Positions 50,306 to 52,629 of a stretch of DNA of 52,629 bases are shown one piece after another. The stretch's first letter is position 1. Each line of letters opens with the position of its first letter. The notes below the pieces were generated by a model. That model ran no database searches. It was not told the DNA's origin and saw nothing but the letters and a program-made list of their open reading frames with translations. The stretch is taken from the IMG/VR virus record IMGVR_UViG_3300009494_000004, positions 1 to 52,629 of that record. One strand, 5' to 3'. Made by a program: the position numbers and the translations under genes. The stretch is from a virus.

Positions 50306-50652
50306 TAGCGTTTCCTAATTCCAAATGTTTTGTTGAATTGTTTTTTCATCCTAATAAGTTTTGATGAACTCTGCGCGGATATGAACCGTCCGCGAAGAAA
50401 TACATTTAACTTCCGTGCGATAGTAACAGGATTCAAAGTTTCATATTTCCAAATAACGCAAACGCGCCAACCCGTGTTTTCTAATTTTTCAACTGTATTA
50501 TTACGTATACGCAAAAAACAGCTATACATAAATATAACTGCTTTCCATTTTCGCAATACGATATTTGGTTTACCCGGTAGTCCACAGCCACCAAGACGGA
50601 AACGAAAACCCATGCGATGAAGAAGTGAACGGACAATAACTTCTGACTTCAT
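50305..50652 (-). CDS. Degenerate Vsr/DUF559-like protein (catalytic and zinc residues missing)
   Basis: E.IVRSLLHRMGFRFRL....LPGKPNIVL...KAVIF parallels Vsr E..L.SLL...G..FR....LPG.PDFV.....VIF, but the catalytic Asp is Asn and the GCFWH.H.C segment is replaced or shortened. The gene is AT-rich (~36% GC). Confidence 0.4.
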   Translation of the reverse strand: MKSEVIVRSLLHRMGFRFRLGGCGLPGKPNIVLRKWKAVIFMYSCFLRIRNNTVEKLENTGWRVCVIWKYETLNPVTIARKLNVFLRGRFISAQSSSKLIRMKKQFNKTFGIRKR

Positions 50653-50653
50653 A

Positions 50654-51322
50654 TTAACTTCTGACTTCGATGGCGTAGACGTCCACCTCGATATCACCAT
50701 GCAGGCCAATATGGTCAAAGAACCGCCTAATGACGCCTGTTACGGACTTCTTAAGTTTCGCGTTCCCATACACGGTCGTCATGGGCATTGTCCCCTGCAA
50801 CGTCATCCCTTGCAACGTTACGACGTATTTGGCGCTGATGCGCCGTCGTTCCTTGTAATCAATAGCGTTCGATTTACCGAATTTTTGGCAGGCAACCGCC
50901 GAATATTTCTCCTCTTTGTCGAGAACGGCCAAACGTCCAGCGTCCGTCACAGGCGCGACGTCCGTCACGGTCATCTTGCTACCAGCAGCGTCGACGGACG
51001 CGCGACATACGGCTGCGACGTATTTGTTGATCTGTAAAAACACGCTCTTCGATATCTGCGTAGGTCCGCCCCTTACCTCAATAACCGCCTCCCGAACGGC
51101 GGACTCGCGCACCAGCCCTGTCGGGACATTTGTGCTTTTGACCTTCAGGTGGAACTTCGTCACCCTCTTCTCGTTGCCGTCCGTCAAGCACATTGTTTCA
51201 ATCGTTTCGTAAAGATGTCGCCGCAGGGCGTCGAGGAACTTTGCCGATACGCGGACGTCGTTCGTTTTCCGCAGCACGCGCATGAAGGATTTCACGGGCC
51301 GTTCGAACAAAAGGTTCTTCAC
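50654..51322 (-). CDS. Hypothetical protein
   Basis: The GTG at 51322 overlaps the HNH gene's TGA (GTGA), with AGGA 5 nt upstream. The track start is the TTG at 51352. Confidence 0.45.
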   Translation of the reverse strand: MKNLLFERPVKSFMRVLRKTNDVRVSAKFLDALRRHLYETIETMCLTDGNEKRVTKFHLKVKSTNVPTGLVRESAVREAVIEVRGGPTQISKSVFLQINKYVAAVCRASVDAAGSKMTVTDVAPVTDAGRLAVLDKEEKYSAVACQKFGKSNAIDYKERRRISAKYVVTLQGMTLQGTMPMTTVYGNAKLKKSVTGVIRRFFDHIGLHGDIEVDVYAIEVRS

Positions 51323-51882
51323 AGTAATCCTAACTCTTTGTTTGTAACGCAAAAAGATTTGTTAAGTTTAATTGCAGTGTCAACAGCGCACGCCGCTTCG
51401 ATAGCGGTAGAAAAATGACTGATAGAAACCCGCCGCTTATTTTGTTGAGTGTAAGCCCGGTAACGACCGTTTGATCGTTGTTGAACACCGCGAAATCCAC
51501 TTATTCCAATCTTTGCGCCACGACTATTGCGTATTAAAGCTTTGGGGCGATTGTGGTTTTCTTTCGCTGTTTCATAACAGAGATTATCGGCTCTGTTATT
51601 AGTACAACACTCATCAATATGTGAAGTCTGTAATCCTAAAGGGCAGGGACCGAGCCAAGCGCACGCTACAAGTTGGTGAATAAAATGAATATGTGGTTTT
51701 CCGTCACGGTATAGGCTTACTACCACCCGACCATTCATTTTTCCACCTGTTTGCTGCCTTAAAATACGCGGACATTTGTAATCCAATAATCTTTTCCATA
51801 AACGTACCCGACCTAATGATGAAACTTCATAATCCGGGTATCCTTCAATTTGTCGCCATTCTTCGTTTGACTGATTTTCCAT
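51319..51882 (-). CDS. HNH homing endonuclease with NUMOD4 and AP2 DNA-binding modules
   Basis: EEWRQIEGYPDYEVSSLGRVR (NUMOD4), HIDECCTNNRADNLCYETAKENHNR (HNH) and GFRGVQQRSNGRYRAY...FSTAIEAACAVDTA (AP2). AT-richer than the genome. Confidence 0.7.
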   Translation of the reverse strand: MENQSNEEWRQIEGYPDYEVSSLGRVRLWKRLLDYKCPRILRQQTGGKMNGRVVVSLYRDGKPHIHFIHQLVACAWLGPCPLGLQTSHIDECCTNNRADNLCYETAKENHNRPKALIRNSRGAKIGISGFRGVQQRSNGRYRAYTQQNKRRVSISHFSTAIEAACAVDTAIKLNKSFCVTNKELGLL

Positions 51883-51890
51883 ACGCTAAG

Positions 51891-51910
51891 GTAAGCTAAT
51901 TCCGTGCCAA
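51891..51910 (-). promoter_or_regulatory. P2: sigma-54-type -24/-12 promoter-like motif TTGGCACG-N4-TAGCTTAC (minus strand)
   Basis: The reverse complement reads ttggcacggaattagcttac. The GC of the -12 element lies 13 nt before the ATG at 51882. The motif sits 73 bp downstream of element B. Confidence 0.45.
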
Positions 51911-51982
51911 CCCGATAAAAAATTTGCCTATAATGTATCGCGCCCGCGCGCGTAAAGCACCCATAGCACCCCCCACCCCCCA

Positions 51983-52212
51983 GTCCTTGTAACTCCCGCA
52001 ACGACTTAGCTACTCGTCCGTACTGGGGGCAGTAACAAAAACTCAAGTCCTTGTAACTCCCGCAACGACTTACGCGGTTTAATATATCTCAAATTCCCGT
52101 AACTTATTGCAGGAGTTACAAGGACTTGGTTTTTCCCTTTTTTACGGCTACTTCCGTACAGCCGTAACCCGTTGCGGGAGTTGCAAGAACTCCAAGAAAT
52201 AGGGGTACTACT
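51983..52212 (-). repeat. Element B: inverted homologue of element A (30771..30999), with four 23-bp boxes around an AT-rich centre
   Basis: Boxes at 51983..52005 and 52047..52069 (gtccttgtaactcccgcaacgac, twice), and at 52103..52125 and 52168..52190 (reverse orientation). The centre tttaatatatctcaaat is the reverse complement of the element A centre apart from one base. The flank aggggtactact is the reverse complement of agtagtacccct at 30771. Confidence 0.8.
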
Positions 52213-52287
52213 ATCGGGCTATATAAGCCCTTAAGAAACGCTATCGTCTATTCATCAGTGGAATCCCGCGCCCGACACCAAAAGATG

Positions 52288-52629
52288 AATTACTTTGCGC
52301 AATAGATGACTTGTATTTCAAGTACCAAATACACCACCGCCTGCCCGAATACCCTGCTGACCGACTGAAGACCCGTGAAGGTCGTCCCCTGGACCTCTAA
52401 GATCGTTCTTGCGCAGTAACGCCAAGAATAACCTTAAAGCGAGCAGGGAAGCCCGCTACAGCACGCTGGTTGCCGCTCCCCCTGAACACCCCGCTGACCG
52501 GCTGGAGGCCTTCAGCGACCGGGGCGTCGCCTCATACTTTTCTCACACGCGTGCCGGGCGGGTGTTTAACAGTTGAACATGTTTGCCCTCGTGTTTGCCT
52601 CATACTTTTCGCCCGATTTCGGTTAAAAG
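52288..52629. repeat. 342-bp unit X, terminal copy (identical to 1..342)
   Basis: See the feature at 1..342. Confidence 0.9.

Noticed and set aside
51929-51934. Perfect TATAAT on the plus strand between P2 and element B as a rightward sigma-70 promoter
   Set aside because: No acceptable -35 hexamer lies at 16-18 bp (GCCAAC/TGCCAA) and there is no TG extension. A lone TATAAT in an AT-rich spacer is expected by chance.
30771-52212. Site-specific inversion switch (invertible 21-kb segment between elements A and B)
   Set aside because: No invertase or recombinase gene was found. Inversion would place the replication operon on the opposite strand, away from its promoter-like motif. It is kept only as a minor alternative to be tested with long reads.
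1-52629. tRNA/tmRNA genes, lysogeny module (integrase, CI-like repressor, partition genes), and stop-codon recoding
   Set aside because: No cloverleaf-compatible sequence (no GTTCRANYC T-loop with a matching acceptor stem) turned up in the intergenic regions I inspected. No recombinase or ParA/ParB motifs appear in any ORF. All large genes are intact under the standard code, so alternative coding is not needed.

Overview
The window reads as a complete tailed-phage genome of about 52.3 kb. It has an HK97-fold capsid and a siphovirus-like tail module. The first 342 nt are identical to the last 342 nt (1..342 = 52288..52629), so this is either a circular or concatemeric assembly overlap or a true direct terminal repeat.

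I count about 70 genes, and all but five are on the minus strand.

- **Early/replication operon (51882 down to 31090):** HNH-AP2 homing endonuclease, metallophosphoesterase, T4 beta-glucosyltransferase-like protein, C5-MTase-fold protein, two more glycosyltransferases, PD-(D/E)xK resolvase, a thymidylate-synthase-fold enzyme with the dCMP-hydroxymethylase signature, family-A DNA polymerase, MazG-like and HD hydrolases, primase-helicase, and finally an ECF-like sigma factor.
- **Late operon (30584 down to 2646):** Cys-rich small proteins, a GroES-like protein, two methyltransferases flanking a GpA-type large terminase, portal, a protease-scaffold-capsid fusion, head-tail joining genes, tail tube, chaperones, tape measure, three lectin-domain tail-tip/fibre proteins, holin, M15 endolysin and a GT2 glycosyltransferase.
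- **Five small plus-strand genes (1184..2657).**

The roughly 1.5 kb joining the two ends (51883..52629 plus 1..1183) is non-coding and dense with repeats.

The signals I rate highest:
1. A candidate glycosyl-hydroxymethyl-cytosine-type DNA hypermodification toolkit in a phage that is not T4-like.
2. Three copies of a sigma-54-type -24/-12 promoter-like motif.
3. Two inverted copies of a 230-bp internally palindromic element carrying four 23-bp boxes. One copy lies upstream of each long operon.
4. A nested tandem array (342-bp and 108-bp units) seeded with eight direct and one inverted copy of a 14-16 nt motif.

I saw no tRNA, rRNA, CRISPR array, integrase, repressor or reverse transcriptase. 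All homology calls come from motifs read by eye, without searches, so they are hypotheses. Start codons were refined only where Shine-Dalgarno spacing or 1-4 nt stop/start coupling was visible.
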